A DNA stretch of 64,000 nucleotides from Octopus vulgaris (GCA_951406725.2 OX597830.1:37634001-37698000), one strand, 5' to 3'; shown: positions 39,670-54,558, numbered from the stretch's first letter. The notes: generated by a model not told the origin, from the letters alone. Numbers and translations: made by a program.

Positions 39670-40275
39670 GTAAATATCGCGGCCTCAACACTGTATTGCT
39701 GGATAAAATGTCTTTATTTGTGAATTAAGGCTACCATTGGCTTAACGTTCATTTGGAGGAATGGTGTTCGTTTCCGTTTTGGATAAAAGCACAAAGTCTC
39801 ATTGAGTTCACGGAGATCCCCGTAAAGAAAACAATAAATTTAGGGACACCACCTTTCGTTGACATCTGACAACTTTTGAGTTTGTTATCAAACTTGAATT
39901 TGACTTTTCGGCAATCAGTTGTGTTGGGTGGCAAACCTATTCGGATTATCTTATATGTTCTGGGCATGTGAAGTCCCGATGCTTGTGTAATGAGGTGGTT
40001 CATCATGATAGTATATTTCTTCTCTGTGAGGAGTTCGTGTGAGGAGTTCGTGTTTATTCAAATCTCCCGGTCAGGAAAGGAGTTATTTTGGTGGGGTTAG
40101 CTGCGCAGGTGGTGGTACTTCTTTTGAAATGATTAAGTGAGAAATATTGCTTCTGTATGCAGGGAGAGAAGATTCATCACAAATACTTAAGATGTTGTCT
40201 GTTGAGTGTATGATATTACGTTTTTCAGTTATACAGCGTTCACTTGATCAATAATGTTCCATTTTGTAGGTATTT

Positions 40276-40455
40276 AAGGCGGCGAGCTGGCAGAAACGTT
40301 AGCACGCCGGGCGAAATGCTTAGCGGTATTTCGTCTGCTGTTACGTTCTGAGTTCAAATTCCGCCGAGGTCGACATTGCCTTTCATCCTTTCGGGATCGA
40401 TAAATTAAGTACCAGTTACGAACTTGGGTCGATGTAATCAGCTTCTTCACTTGGC
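40276..40455 (+). mobile_element. SINE family B
   Basis: AAGGCGGCGAGCTGGCAGAAACGTTAGC...GAGTTCAAATTCCGCC; TTTTGTAGGT recurs on both sides (40262, 40492), possibly a TSD. Confidence 0.85.
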
Positions 40456-41388
40456 CTGTCCCTGTTAAATAAGATATTTAAACTGACCCTGTTTTGTAGG
40501 TGTATAGGTATCATCTATATTTAGATGATGATGTGTGTGTGTGTGTGTGTTGTGATCTTGTGCGAAACGTAACACTATTTTTGAAAACCAGTTGTGTAAT
40601 TTAAATAAGTTCATCTTCATACATTTTTAAAATTGTGTCTAGATGATGAAATTTTATGAAATCGTAATATTGTGTTCACCATTATAATAGCAATTATATA
40701 TTTTTTTAAAACTGGCTCATATTATTATTGCATACTTTGAAAGAAGACAATTTGGGGAATATAGATGTGTTAACCACAATAGGGTGTAAGTTTCATATAT
40801 CAACTCATTTCTCTTATCTAATACACAATCTTGATTCATCCCCAAGAAAACACGTATATGAGATATACAAATGGCAGTTATTTAATTTATTAGCTTCTTT
40901 TATGATATCACCAAGTATTTTGTAAAGTTAAAAACTGATATCTGAACACAATTTATAAGAAAACTACATTAATATATTATCGCATTTCTGTAAGTGATAT
41001 GTGTTTGAAATTCAAAACATTTCATTTGTTGGCATGTTTATTATTTTCACCCAAGGAAATTTGTACATATATCAAATTATTGAATTATATTATATATCTT
41101 ATTAAAATTCTAGGACATTCAAGATTGTTTGAAATCCGTACTTCATATGATTACTTTTAATAATTTATGATTTAAATGAAATATCGTATAGGGCGAAAAC
41201 GTCACAAGACACGTACACAATATAAACAGAAATATAAGTTGTTAGGATACGACCTTTTTCATATTTATTATTAAAGTTTACTACTAATAAAGGCTGCATT
41301 TAAATCAAAGCAAATTATATTAAAATCATCAGATTTATAACACTTCCACCTCATATATATAGATACATAGATAGATAAGAAGAGATAG

Positions 41389-41438
<50 letters not shown>

Positions 41439-41477
41439 GACAGATGATAGATGGATGAATGAACAAACAGACAGACA

Positions 41478-41522
<45 letters not shown>

Positions 41523-41534
41523 ACAAACAGGCAG

Positions 41535-41567
<33 letters not shown>

Positions 41568-41627
41568 TAGATAGATAGATAGATAGATGCATACATGCAT
41601 ACATACATACATACATACATACATACA

Positions 41628-41661
<34 letters not shown>

Positions 41662-41777
41662 GGTAAATTTACTAGTTATTTACTTATTTAATTCATGTGA
41701 TGATGCGTTATTAAATTTCTTTATCTGTGTTTCGTTTTCTGTGTTATTACATTGAGGTTGGTATTATTATTATTATT

Positions 41778-42330
41778 GAGTGAGAGAGCAGCGCATGCCA
41801 TCAAAGTGACACTGGAGTAAAGTATACGAAGCCCAGTATTACCATCATGACTACCCGTTTTATAAGGGTACACCAAGCACATGCATCACAACTATATATG
41901 CGCGACATGGTGATCTCATATCAAGATAAACGGCGCATAACCTTGCAGGTGGGGTCCAGTTAGAATACTTTTCAGGTCGAGTAGCCCAATCCCACTCAAA
42001 AGGTCCCTGAATAAGGATTGTTTAAGGATGTTGAACGAACCATCCACATTTCCAAACGGGAATTAACCACACCTCTAAGAATTCCTTTCAACACACGGCT
42101 ATGATGCTACTAGTTGTGTTTGTGATCAGAGATGCACATATCATCAGAGACTAAGGGAAATGCTCAACTGGTTAAGGTCAAACAACTGACATGCAAATCT
42201 TTGGTATTGAGCAGAATATTTGCTGAAGCCCATCTTTTATACCAAGACGAAAAAATGTACGTGATAACACTTCCGATCAGTTAAGATCAGGAGCCATGAG
42301 AGCCACTGTCTGGTACTGCATTAGTGCATT
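41778..42330 (-). mobile_element. ~550-bp non-coding element embedded in (TAA)n (family T)
   Basis: Reverse-complement homologue at 47794-48261; both end CTCTCTCACTC(AAT)n and have AAT-type tracts on both sides. Confidence 0.8.
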
Positions 42331-42367
42331 TATTATTATTATTATTTATATTATTATCATCATCATT

Positions 42368-42520
<153 letters not shown>

Positions 42521-43201
42521 CGTCGTCAAAACAACGAGCACGAACCGTGTTAATAGATATTTTATTTGTTGAACGATATTTCGACAGTAAGCCTGTCTTT
42601 CTCTAGTTCAAATTAAGAAGTGATAACAATTCAAAATTATAGGAATTTAAGTTTAAAGTATAGACGAGAGCAACCAGTGTCCACATGCTGAATGAATGAC
42701 ATCATCAATCTTTAAGTTTCAATTTTATAACAGGCGAAAAGAAAAAGAGAACAGAGAAAAAAATGAGGAAAGGAAAAAGAAAAGCAAAAAGGAAAAGAAT
42801 GTTTAATGAAACAGTTTTGTATAAATTGGATGATATTCTCCTGTCCTTTTATTCATTCCTCCAGGGTGTGATATTAATAACCCGCAAACACATTTCTCCT
42901 CATGCAGTTTGAGAAGTAAAAGTAAAGAAGATCTAGAATATTTCCTGAGAATATTCCCTTTCAAGTTTTATTCAAAATTACAGCCGTTTGAAGAAAAACG
43001 TTCGGCAAATATGTATATATTTTACTCTGCTGAAATTACGGTGATAATATATAAATGCAAATTTAAATTCTAAATTTGTAATTTATCTATTGAACACTAA
43101 TAGAAACGGGTGTAAGAAGTAAAGATCACCATTTTTTGAATAATAAATAATTATTATCTTAACATTCCATTTATATATGAATATATATATATATATATGT
43201 A

Positions 43202-43237
<36 letters not shown>

Positions 43238-43240
<3 letters not shown>

Positions 43241-43650
43241 AGTGGCTGTGTGGTAAGTAGCTTGATAAACAACCACATGGTTCCGGGTTCAGTCCCACTG
43301 TGTGGCACCTTGGGCAAGTGTCTTCTGCTATAGCCCCGGGCCGACCAATGCCTTGTGAGCGGATTTGGTAGACGGAAACTGAAAGAAGCCTGTCGTATAT
43401 ATGTATATTTATATAAGTGTGTGTGTATATGTTTGTGTGTCTGTGTTTGTCCCCCTACCATTGCTTGACAACCGATGATGGTGTGTTTACTTACCCGTCA
43501 CTTAGCGGTTCGGCAAAAGAGACCGATAGAATAAGTTCTGGGCTCACAAAGAATAAGTCCCGGGGTCGATTTGCTCGACTAAAGGCGGTGCTCCAGCATG
43601 GCCGCAGTCAAATGACTGAAACAAATAAAAGAGTAAAAGAGTAAAAGAGA
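43238..43650 (+). mobile_element. SINE family A, full length
   Basis: GGAGTGGCTGTGTGGTAAG...GGTTCAGTCCC...CCTTGGGCAAGT...tail (GAGTAAAA)n. Confidence 0.9.
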
Positions 43651-43751
43651 ATATGAATATATATATTTATGTGACTATATATATGTGTGTGTATTTATCC
43701 ATCCATCTATCTAATTGTATATATACATATATTTATATACTTACATACATG

Positions 43752-43810
<59 letters not shown>

Positions 43811-43825
43811 ATATATATATATATA

Positions 43826-43864
<39 letters not shown>

Positions 43865-43900
43865 CGTATAATATATATTTGGTAGATAGATGGATAGATG

Positions 43901-43948
<48 letters not shown>

Positions 43949-43957
43949 AATATACAA

Positions 43958-44290
43958 AGTGGCTGTGTGGTATATAACTTAATTATTAACTACTTGGTTC
44001 CGAGTTCCGTCACACTGCATGCCTCCTTCGGCAAGTGTATTCTACTATAGCCTCGAGCCTACCTATATCCCTGTGAGTTGGTTTGCTAGATAAAAACTCT
44101 GTGTGTCTGTGTTTTCCCACCTCGAACTATCGCTTCGCAACCGATTTTTTTACTTCACAGTAACTTAGGATGATAAGTAGTAGACATACAAGCGTATGTT
44201 TACTTGGGGTCGATTTCTTCGACTAAAGCCATACTTCAGCATTGCCTCAGACACAGACTGAACAAGTAAAAGAATAAAACAATAAAAGAA
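43958..44290 (+). mobile_element. SINE family A, old and diverged
   Basis: Same head and tail motifs with many substitutions. Confidence 0.7.
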
Positions 44291-44672
44291 CATGTGTATA
44301 AAAGTGGCCTTAACAATTAGCAGCTAGTAGAAAGTATACTAGTATTCCTTTCATCTTTTTCCTAAATATTCAAAGAAACATACAGAACTAAATGTATAAA
44401 GCAGATGCAGTGGTAACTCCATTTTGACAGCATAGTTACATTTACATACAAAAATGCATGTATTTTGCATACGTTTACATGTACGTACATCCACGTATGC
44501 ATTCAAATAAACTCACAGACAAATACAGGAGTATTAAACGATTTTTAAAATAGTAACATTTGTCTACTATCAAGGGACAGTATTCAACCTACAGTGTGGT
44601 GTTTAGGACTCAGCTTTTCATGCGTTCCTAAAGCGTACATACATATACATATATACTTGCATGTAAGTATAT

Positions 44673-44767
<95 letters not shown>

Positions 44768-44930
44768 AGAAAAAACCACAAGGAAACAAAACAACAACGC
44801 GAGGACGTGGTATATGCGAAATATTAAAACACGCTCAGGGAAGGACAGAAAGCTCTTTTTCAGGAACGGGAGACAGAGGAAAATCCAAGAGAAAAGGAAG
44901 CCGGGGGGAAAATGACCAACAGTCCACACG
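44768..44930 (-). mobile_element. Family H2 copy lacking the hammerhead core
   Basis: Reverse complement of the 10380-10585 flanks with the central segment missing. Confidence 0.65.
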
Positions 44931-45305
44931 TAGTTATATATATATAATCGTGTGTATCGTATAGTTTTTCATAATGTTTTCGTATCAAATAAATTTTGAG
45001 TGGTTTCTCAATGCATAATTCTTGTCGATGGCCGTTGCCCCACAAGTAGCGCATCAGCCCTTTTTCAAGCATCCCCCTCATAAGTGTAGTAATCTACTCA
45101 AATAGGGGAGCCCAGAGCACGAGCATGGAAGAGGTATATATATATATACTCACTCACTCTCTGCAGGCCAGCTCAGTTTCATTCGATTGTTTTTAGTCGA
45201 TTCACATCTGTTATTTTCTTGTTGTCTGCATTTGTAATTGTGTAAATGTTCTCCGTTTTTTGTCTTCGTTGCCGTACAGATTCGCTTTCTTTCCCACGAA
45301 CAATC

Positions 45306-45535
45306 TAATGCCATTAGCTTAGACTTTTGGGCCACTACCAGATTTGAACAGTCTCAAGTATATACAAGGTCGGACAGCAAACGCAAGATATAGTGGGACA
45401 GGAAAAGAAAAACCAAGGACGGATCATTCGTAGCTTTCTCAGTCAAGTATCTAGACTCTCCTTAGAGTTTCTAGCAGTTATACTTGAGAGTGTTCAAATC
45501 TGGTAGCAGCTAAAAGGTCTAAGCTAAGGGCATTA
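45306..45535. mobile_element. MITE-like element with ~57-bp imperfect terminal inverted repeats
   Basis: TAATGCCATTAGCTTAGACTTTT...CTACCAGATTTGAACAGTCTCAAGTATA vs TATACTTGAGAGTGTTCAAATCTGGTAG...AAAAGGTCTAAGCTAAGGGCATTA; TA at both ends. Confidence 0.7.
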
Positions 45536-45551
45536 TATATATATATATATA

Positions 45552-45650
<99 letters not shown>

Positions 45651-45931
45651 ATGCATAGAAATATAGATAGATGTGTATGTATCATAATGTATCAGGTTTA
45701 TAGAGAGTGGAAAGTGAACTGCAGTCAGAAAATTACCGCATACATAGCCTAAAATAACTATTCATAAAAAATCATTGGAGGAAAAAATATTTATATTAAG
45801 GCCCATGAAGATAATTACATATTTTGAGTATTTATATCGATATACGATATGCATATATACATTCGCGTCTACATATGCTTCGGGAGCCTGAATAATTCAT
45901 GTATTTGGTTCATGCGGATTGCTTATACATT

Positions 45932-46011
<80 letters not shown>

Positions 46012-46319
46012 CGTGTGTGTGTGCTTGTATGTGCATGTGCGTGTGTGTGCCTCACTCCATACACGTGCGCGCATATATATATATCGATAGATAGGTAATT
46101 AATTGATTGATAGATGTGCATACATATATTTATAGTTTCATAAATTCACACATGAAATAAATATGGGTGAGCGTGCATGTACATACACATGTGTGTGTAT
46201 TTGTGCGTGAGTATGTGTTTGTGTATGTGATGTGTGTGTATGCGTGAGTAAATATGTACATTACTGTATACATATACCTGCAGGTGTTTGTGTGTATGTG
46301 TGTGTATATATTCTTTCCC

Positions 46320-46680
46320 TTTTACTTTAATTTCTTGCTTCAGTCAATAGTCAGCGGCCATGCTGGAAAACCGCCTTTAGTCGAACAAATTAACACCAGG
46401 AATTATTCTTTGTAAGCTTAGTACTTATGCTATCGGTCTCTTTTGACGAACCGGTTCACAGTCGAAGGTGGAGGACAAAAACAGACACACAAACACATTT
46501 ATACACACAAACACACACGGACACACACACACACATACACAAGTTTTCGTCAGCCAAATCCATTCACAAGGCTTTGGTCGGCCCTAGGCAATAGTAGAAG
46601 ACGCCACGCATGGGGTACTGAACCCGGAACCATGTGGTTGGTAAGCAAGCTACTAACCATACAAACACTCCTGCACATAT
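46320..46680 (-). mobile_element. SINE family A with internal deletions
   Basis: Homology to 142-533. Confidence 0.75.
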
Positions 46681-46694
46681 ACCCACTGCTGCGC

Positions 46695-46804
<110 letters not shown>

Positions 46805-47474
46805 GTATCGATTTTTGTAGTATTAAATGTGAAATTATATGCTGAAATTCACAAACAATACTGTTATTGATTTTCTTGGAAATATTTCGAATTTAAACTT
46901 TGAAATGTAAATTAATAAATAATACATAGACGAATACAAAGAATTAGTCGATACTTTCCTGAAACATATATGTGCACATTTATATTCCTGCTTTGTGAAA
47001 TATAGGTATTTTGAAGTTTTCCCATATAATGTAATTAACTAAACAACATTTACCGCATTGTCCTTATTGCAAGGCATTCATATATGATAAACATCCACTT
47101 AATTATAACTTGTCACGAGAATTGGAGATAACTATATTTGAAGTAGAAAAGTTTTCTTCGAGAACAATACTGTTCGTATCTAGAATGCATTAGACAAATA
47201 TTAAATCTATACCACCAACATGAATTGTTTTTATTTTCTGGAGTGGAATTCGGGTTGCTGAGAAGAGTCGTTAACAGGTCAGACAAAATGCTTAGTATCT
47301 TCTCTTCTGGCTTTTCGTTCTGAGTTCGAATGATTCGAGGTCCACTGTGCCATTCATTCCTTCGATTTAATAAATGCCACTTCAGTACAATACTCCTAGC
47401 TCTGAAGGAAGAGCGCAAATGTATACACATACGGTGATATGGGAAGAAAATCGCCCCATGACCGAATCGAGTAT

Positions 47475-47528
47475 CTCTCAGACTAAACGACTGGTTTCGC
47501 GTATTTCTGTACTCTTCGTCAGTGAGAG
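47475..47528 (-). ncRNA. Degenerate type-I hammerhead motif
   Basis: CTCTCA-CTGACGA-A-GAGTA-CAGAAA-TACGC-GAAA-CCAG-TC-[GTTTAGTC]-TGAGAG; stem I displaced by an 8-nt insertion. Confidence 0.5.
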
Positions 47529-47700
47529 CAAAATTGTATACAGCAGCGCTCTCCCTATAATACCAGGATGTTTTTTTTACTCCTATTTCTAGCATTGTAG
47601 ATTTCTTGGCACCACTAGACACATTTATTGACGATTGTATATAGTAATAATTATAATAATAATAATAATAATAATAATATTAATAATAATGATAATAATG

Positions 47701-47759
<59 letters not shown>

Positions 47760-47793
47760 GATAATAAAAATAATAATAATAGTAGTAGTAGTA

Positions 47794-48261
47794 GTATAAA
47801 AGATGGGCTACAGCAAATATTCTGCTCAATGCCACACATTTGCATGTCAGTTGTTTGACCTTCACCAGTTGAGCATCTCCCTTAGTGGCTGACGATATGT
47901 GCATCTCTGATCATGAGCAGAAGTAGTGGGGGAGCATCATAGCCATGTGTTGAGAGGGATTCTTTGTGGTTTGGATAATTCACTTTTGGAAACATGGGTG
48001 TTTCGTTCAACATCTTTAAACAACCCTTATTCAGGGACCTTTTGAGCGGAATGGGTTACTCGACCAGAAGAAATTCTAACTGGGCCCCACCTGCAAACTC
48101 ATGTACTGTTTATCTTGATAAGAGATCACCATGTCGCGCACATATGGTTGTGATGTGTGTGCTTGGTGTATCCTTATCAGACGGGTAGTCCTGATGGGTA
48201 TACTGGACTTCGTATATTTTACCCCAGTTTCACTTTGATGACATGCGCTGCTCTCTCACTC
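47794..48261 (+). mobile_element. Family T copy, 5'-truncated
   Basis: Homologous to 41778-42240; preceded by the 47645-47793 (AAT)n tract. Confidence 0.8.
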
Positions 48262-48297
48262 AATAACAATAGTAATAATACTAATAATAAAGCATAC

Positions 48298-48950
48298 TTA
48301 GAGATTTTATCATTGTCCAGCATATAATGTAGATCTATTAACGTGAATTCATATACTGAGATTTATAATTGTATAAAATGCAATTATAAACAAGGGCATT
48401 GAGAGACTATATCCATGGCAAAAGTAGATGCGGAATCGTCAAACCACTTAAAAATTCTCACTTTTACAGTACACAACCAGTTGCAATCGAGGAGGTTGGC
48501 CCGCAGAAATTCATAAATTAGTTAGTCTTCAATTGATAAATTTCTGGATTAGTCCAATAACTTTTCCTCATCAGCAAGACACACATAAGGAAATAAATGA
48601 GATACTTATACATACCCACAGAAAAGCAAACGCAAAACTATGGTTACATAAAAGTACCACAAATAAATCCGCCACAAATTTCGCAGTCTACCTCAACACG
48701 TGGGAATATGGTCAGAGGAGTGCAGACGTGACAAGACTGCCCCGAAGTGAATGGAATACTTTTCAATTATAATAGTAATAAAGGATAAAACCGTTTAAGA
48801 TATCATCAGTGGCCAGCATATTATATAGACCTATTAAGGTGAATTCATATATAGAGATTTATAATAGTGTGAAATGCAATTATAATTAAGAGCATAGAAA
48901 AGACTATGTGTATGCTGAAAATAGACGCCGAATCGTAGACTATCATAAAT
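48298..48950. repeat. Diverged ~150-bp direct repeats (period ~497 bp) flanking a hammerhead-like motif
   Basis: 48298-48455 resembles 48795-48950; minus 48525-48580 reads GTCTTG-CTGATGA-GGAAAAGTTATTGGACTAATCC-A-GAAA-TTTATCAA-TT-GAAGAC. Confidence 0.65.
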
Positions 48951-49035
48951 CACTTTGTATATCTAAATATATACATACAAACATACATACGTTTACACAT
49001 ACACGCACACATACACCACACACACACACACACAC

Positions 49036-49089
<54 letters not shown>

Positions 49090-49094
49090 TATAT

Positions 49095-49667
49095 TGGTAG
49101 AGGACGACATCAACTGTGTAAACAACATGAAGTACGAAAATAAACGAGTTGAGTACGAAAACAACGAGAGAAAATTCATAACAGGAAAAGTAACGCGGAG
49201 AACGACCCTGCATTATTCGTCGGTTGTCTATGTACTCCTCATTTTGACCAGTCAACGACAATGTGAGTCTTCGAAGACAGTTGCTACTATGAATGCCAAA
49301 TTAAAAAATATAGGGTTTACGAAGGGTCAAGGTTGGGAGCAAAAATAGGCCAATGGAGAAATACAAGGAAACCGAACGAAAAGCAAACAAGGAGGGTCAT
49401 TACTCCAGAACGAGAGGAAATTAGTGAACGCTGGGAGAAATATTTTCTCTGAAATGAGAAATGATAGATGAGATAGATAGATAGAAGACGTCCAGTCCTT
49501 AGAATGTCGTGCAGGAAAAGAAAATTGGTCTCGTGAGGAAAAGATAGACGATGGTCACGTGTTACTTGTCCTGTTTTTCCTTTTTTCACTCTGGTTTTTT
49601 TTTGCGTATTTAACTCGTTTGTCTACGTACTTCATGTTGTTTCCATAGTTGGTGACGTCCTGTACCC
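49095..49667. repeat. Diverged inverted repeat pair (49095-49200 vs 49555-49667)
   Basis: AAACAACATGAAGTACG...AAACGAGTT.A.TACG vs CGTATTTAACTCGTTT...CGTACTTCATGTTGTTT. Confidence 0.7.
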
Positions 49668-49914
49668 CCCATCGCCGCGCACACACATATATATATCTTT
49701 TTTTTTAATAATTCTATTTTGATAGGTGAACCGCAATATGGTGAGAGATTACTGTAAATGGTTAAATGTATTAGTTTTCCCAAATAAATTTCACTTCATA
49801 TATGACGCCCCGATGACACAATAAGATATTAATTTAGGCACTCAACTATAAACAGCTGTATGCTATTAAAGATCATATAAGATAATACATATATAGTATT
49901 ATATTATATTATAT

Positions 49915-49972
<58 letters not shown>

Positions 49973-50207
49973 GAGTCAGTCGCCATGATAGATCGTTAGC
50001 CACTACACACATTTTTTTCTCTCCTTGTTTCTCTCTTTGTTTTTTTCTGTGTCCCTTTCTGTAGAAGAGAGAAGGCTCGAAACGTAGGATACATTTTCTA
50101 TTTATGAAAATTATAATCATTATACTAATACATCTGTTTGTTTTGTACACCACCTGCCTTCGTCTTTTGTATTTTTCGTAAACTCTCCATATATGTATAT
50201 TTATGTA

Positions 50208-50277
<70 letters not shown>

Positions 50278-50532
50278 TGAAAAATGGAGTTACAACATGA
50301 TTATACCTGCGTTAACTCCATTTTTTATTCATATTAATCAAAATATTCAACGTAAACACAATGTTTCTACCTTTATAAACAAGGAGTTACAACACCTTTA
50401 CTTGTGAGCTTTTGCTGCCCTGGTAACTATTTATTTATTTTTTCCGTGTTAATTGTTAACAAGGTTAAAATACACTCATGTATTCATCTATCTATCTATC
50501 TATGTTATCTATCTATCTATCTGATATTTCTT

Positions 50533-50661
<129 letters not shown>

Positions 50662-50829
50662 ACATATATATATATGTAGGTATGTAAATATATGTATGTA
50701 TATATACATATATTTATATATTATTTATATTATTATTATATGATCGAATACCACGCATACATTTCCAAGTAAGTTTCAGCTCTATATATCTATCTACCTA
50801 TCTATATATCTGATCCCCCCCTCTCTCTC

Positions 50830-50898
<69 letters not shown>

Positions 50899-51829
50899 TG
50901 TATGCATCGTCGTCTTAAACAATAGGTTAATAATGTCAATTTCACGGATCCCGTACGCTTTCACCCTCGACTGTAGACGCGAAATCGTTACCTGGCAGGA
51001 ATATTTTATGCAAGCACACAAACACACCATCAGGCATACGCACAAACACACATACACACACCAAGAAACACACACACATGCATACACACATCAACAAGCA
51101 CACACAAATACACACACCTATACACACACATAAGCACACATAAACACACTCATGCGCACGCAGTCAAATGTGAAATTTACAATAAAATATTTAGACTAAA
51201 CTAGAAGTACCAAACAGTGTAACGTGAATTTTTCTTCAATAATTTTCATATTTTAAAGAAAATTCATAAAATTGTGCAAGTTAATTCTCCCTCAATCCAT
51301 CCGTTCAGATTATCTATTTATTGCTATATAGGGCATAATTCAGGAAATATTTTTTGAAGGGCGTAACACTAGAATAACAGACAAATTCACGCCATGCTTT
51401 TAAAGGCTACTAATATGAAGGAATATACTTTTGTTAAAGTGCATCATGCATTTAATGACAATTTGCTATAAATAACGTTTCTATTCAAAAATGCTGCCAC
51501 ACGCTTCAATAACACCAAAAAGGGTTTTGGAATGTTAATGTGTATCGGCTTTTATTTAAAGATTTTCTCTTTTCGTGTTCGTGTTTGGTATATAAAAATA
51601 AACACTTTTGATGAATTATGTTTTTGTTAGATATACGAACATAGAGGAACAGATAAAAATCCGCACACAAATGAACACACACACAAACACGATATATACC
51701 ACTACACGCACATATGAGTATATGTATACAAACATATATTCTTACACAGATACATTCGTACATATACATATACATGCATACGCCCCCACACATATTTACA
51801 TTTATCTTTCTATCTATCTAATTATATAA

Positions 51830-51866
<37 letters not shown>

Positions 51867-51870
<4 letters not shown>

Positions 51871-52410
51871 TGGGTGGTAAGTAGCTTGCTTACGAACCAC
51901 ATGGTTCCGGGTTCAGTCCCACTAAGCGGCACCTTGGGCATGTGTCTTCTACTATACCCTCGGGCCAACCTAAGCCTTGTGTGTAGATTTGGTAGACGGT
52001 AACTGAAAGAAGCTCGTCGTATATATGTATATATGTATGTATGTGTGTTTATATGTTTGTGTGTCTGTATTTGTCCCCCGAACATCGCTTGACAGCGGAT
52101 GCTGGTGTGTTTATGTCCCCGTAACTTAGCGGTTCCTCAAAAGAGACCGGTAGAATAAGTACTAGGGTTACAAAGATTAAGTCCTGGGGTCGATTTGCTC
52201 GATTTGTTTTTATTATGTGGGGGAAATATTATTCATTGTTATTGTGGTGCTCAGGATATTCGAGATATTAAAGGAGTCAGGTATAATTTACCTTTTACTA
52301 GGATTATTCTTAATATTTCGAATATGGCGTTATGTGGGTTTCCATTTTTAGCTGGGTAATCCAGCATGGTCACAGTCACATGATTGAAAAAAAGTAAAGG
52401 AGTAAAATAG
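51867..52410 (+). mobile_element. SINE family A, interrupted by ~150 bp near its 3' end
   Basis: Matches 43238-43580 up to 52203, resumes CCAGCATGGTCACAGTCA at ~52361. Confidence 0.8.
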
Positions 52411-52469
52411 TAATATATAATTTAGAGTGTTTTGGAAATTCCTTGGCGCAGTTATAATATTTGTAGGGG

Positions 52470-53350
52470 AGATTTTTTCTGAAAGATTGAGAAAAGAAAC
52501 TTTTTAGAAAGCCGAAGGACACTAACCTTTGGGAAGCGATTTCACAAAATATGTGTGGGCTTTGCTTTTATAGATGTCCAAGCGCTTTCAGTTCTTAACG
52601 TTTTCAATCACATGTTATTATATATAGTGGTAGTTCTTTTCAGTAAAATAGTCGTTGACTCTTTCCGGTATAGTTTCGGACTCAGAAATCTTACGAAATA
52701 TTCTTCTATTACCTTCCGAAGAAGGTCATTCTCATAATTTATTTTATGAAGAGCGAAAATTGTAAGTTTTCCTGGTGTACAGGCGTCCAAATGATAGCTA
52801 CATGGTATGCATCTAAGTGCGGCATGTTTTATTTGATGTATGTGCACATTTACACGGTTGGTTACTTTCGTTTTTGTTTCACCAATATAATGTTCGTTGC
52901 ATCGTCGGCATGTGATTCAATACATCAGGATTTTCCTTTTACATTTCATATTTGCTTTCATCCTCACTTCTTTTCCATTCTTGAATTATTTGGCTGGTCC
53001 TTGTTCTATTAAGACACCTGCCCCACATCGGATGTCTCATTTGGACACCTGTGCACAAGGAAAATTTAAGATTTCTCTGCTTCATAAAATAAATAAAGAA
53101 GGCAAAAGAAGAATATTTCATAAGTTTCCTGAGTTCGAAACTAAACCGTTAACTAAATAGTTAACAAACGTTTTACTGAAAATAACTTATATCATAACAC
53201 CTGCTTGAAAAAGTTAATAACTGAAAGCGCTTGCACATCTATACAAACAAAGCCTACACACATTTTGTGAAATGTTTTCCCAAAGATTAGAGTCCTTCGA
53301 CAATCGAAAGAGGTTGTTTTCTCAATCTTGACTCTTTGAGAAACAAATCT
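52470..53350. mobile_element. Divergent inverted pair of Penelope-like 3' fragments (GIY-YIG C-terminus + UTR)
   Basis: Minus 52608-52847: HIHQIKHAALRCIPCSYHLDAC...RKVIEEYFVRFLSPKL; plus ~52990-53160: SHLDTCAQGKFKISLLHKIN; UTRs 52514-52620 and 53193-53298 are reverse complements. Confidence 0.7.
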
Positions 53351-53407
53351 TCTCTCCAAACACACCCCGCACATATATGTATATATGTATGTATATATGT
53401 ATGTATG

Positions 53408-53490
<83 letters not shown>

Positions 53491-53591
53491 TTATAGATAT
53501 ACACAAACATACATTATACATACATAATACATACATACATACATGCATATATATAAATATATATGTATATGTGTGTATATATGTATGTGTA

Positions 53592-53711
<120 letters not shown>

Positions 53712-54504
53712 AGTGTATATATATCATATTATATGATATTAATACTTCAAGTAAAATATATATGAAAAAAAGTTCGGAGCTACGATTGTTTAGTTGTTAT
53801 GAAGCACACTTTTGGTTGAAATGTTTCTAAGAGAGTAGAGCAAGCTCGTAAACTATTCTAACGTACTTGAACAAATGGAAAATTATCATTTACTAAAATA
53901 TATACCACATTAAATACAGATTTTTATACATCTAATAAACTGACTTGGTAACTTTTGTAATTCCAGATTGATGGAAACAGCTAGAACAGCATTGAAACAC
54001 ACCACATTAAACCTAGCTTGCCATGGCTTACTATTTTGTGGAATAAACTTCGGAAATGCTTCTGGCAACTTAGGGAGTAATTTGTATGAATGATACAGCT
54101 ATTTTTAACTGGCACAAGGGATCAAGCAAGACAATCCACCAGAAAGCTCATTCACATCCATCTTAGCGAGAGCAAATGTTTCATCGTGATATGTATCACG
54201 AGAGTTTTTGAGGGGGTTTAGGGAGATATTTTACCACAAAGGACCAGAACACCAGTCCGCAAATCCATCTTGATAAGCTACACCTTGACAGAGATGGATA
54301 TAAGATCTGTCTATGACCCTGCAGACAGACCTGTTAATTTTGGACACCTTCGAACCATTTCTTGGCGACCTAATGTGTGCTTTTGATGCCTTTAAGAAGT
54401 GGATAGAATATAAAACACATGCATGGTAGTAAATAGATCCTATTTTAAAGGAGATTAGAATTTCGTACTTTATTAAAATTAATAAATGTTCTAAAATGAC
54501 TCAA

Positions 54505-54558
54505 AAATCCATCTTGTATTTCAAAATATCTGACAAGTAAGTGATACCCAAATCAAAA

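Noticed and set aside
39749-40260. Possible Penelope GIY-YIG remnant (minus; EHY..., NRQHLK, KITPF)
   Set aside because: Only scattered motif-like residues across frameshifts.
53780-54430. Possible decayed RT fragment (GPLW*NISLNPL, minus)
   Set aside because: A single weak motif with no supporting neighbours.
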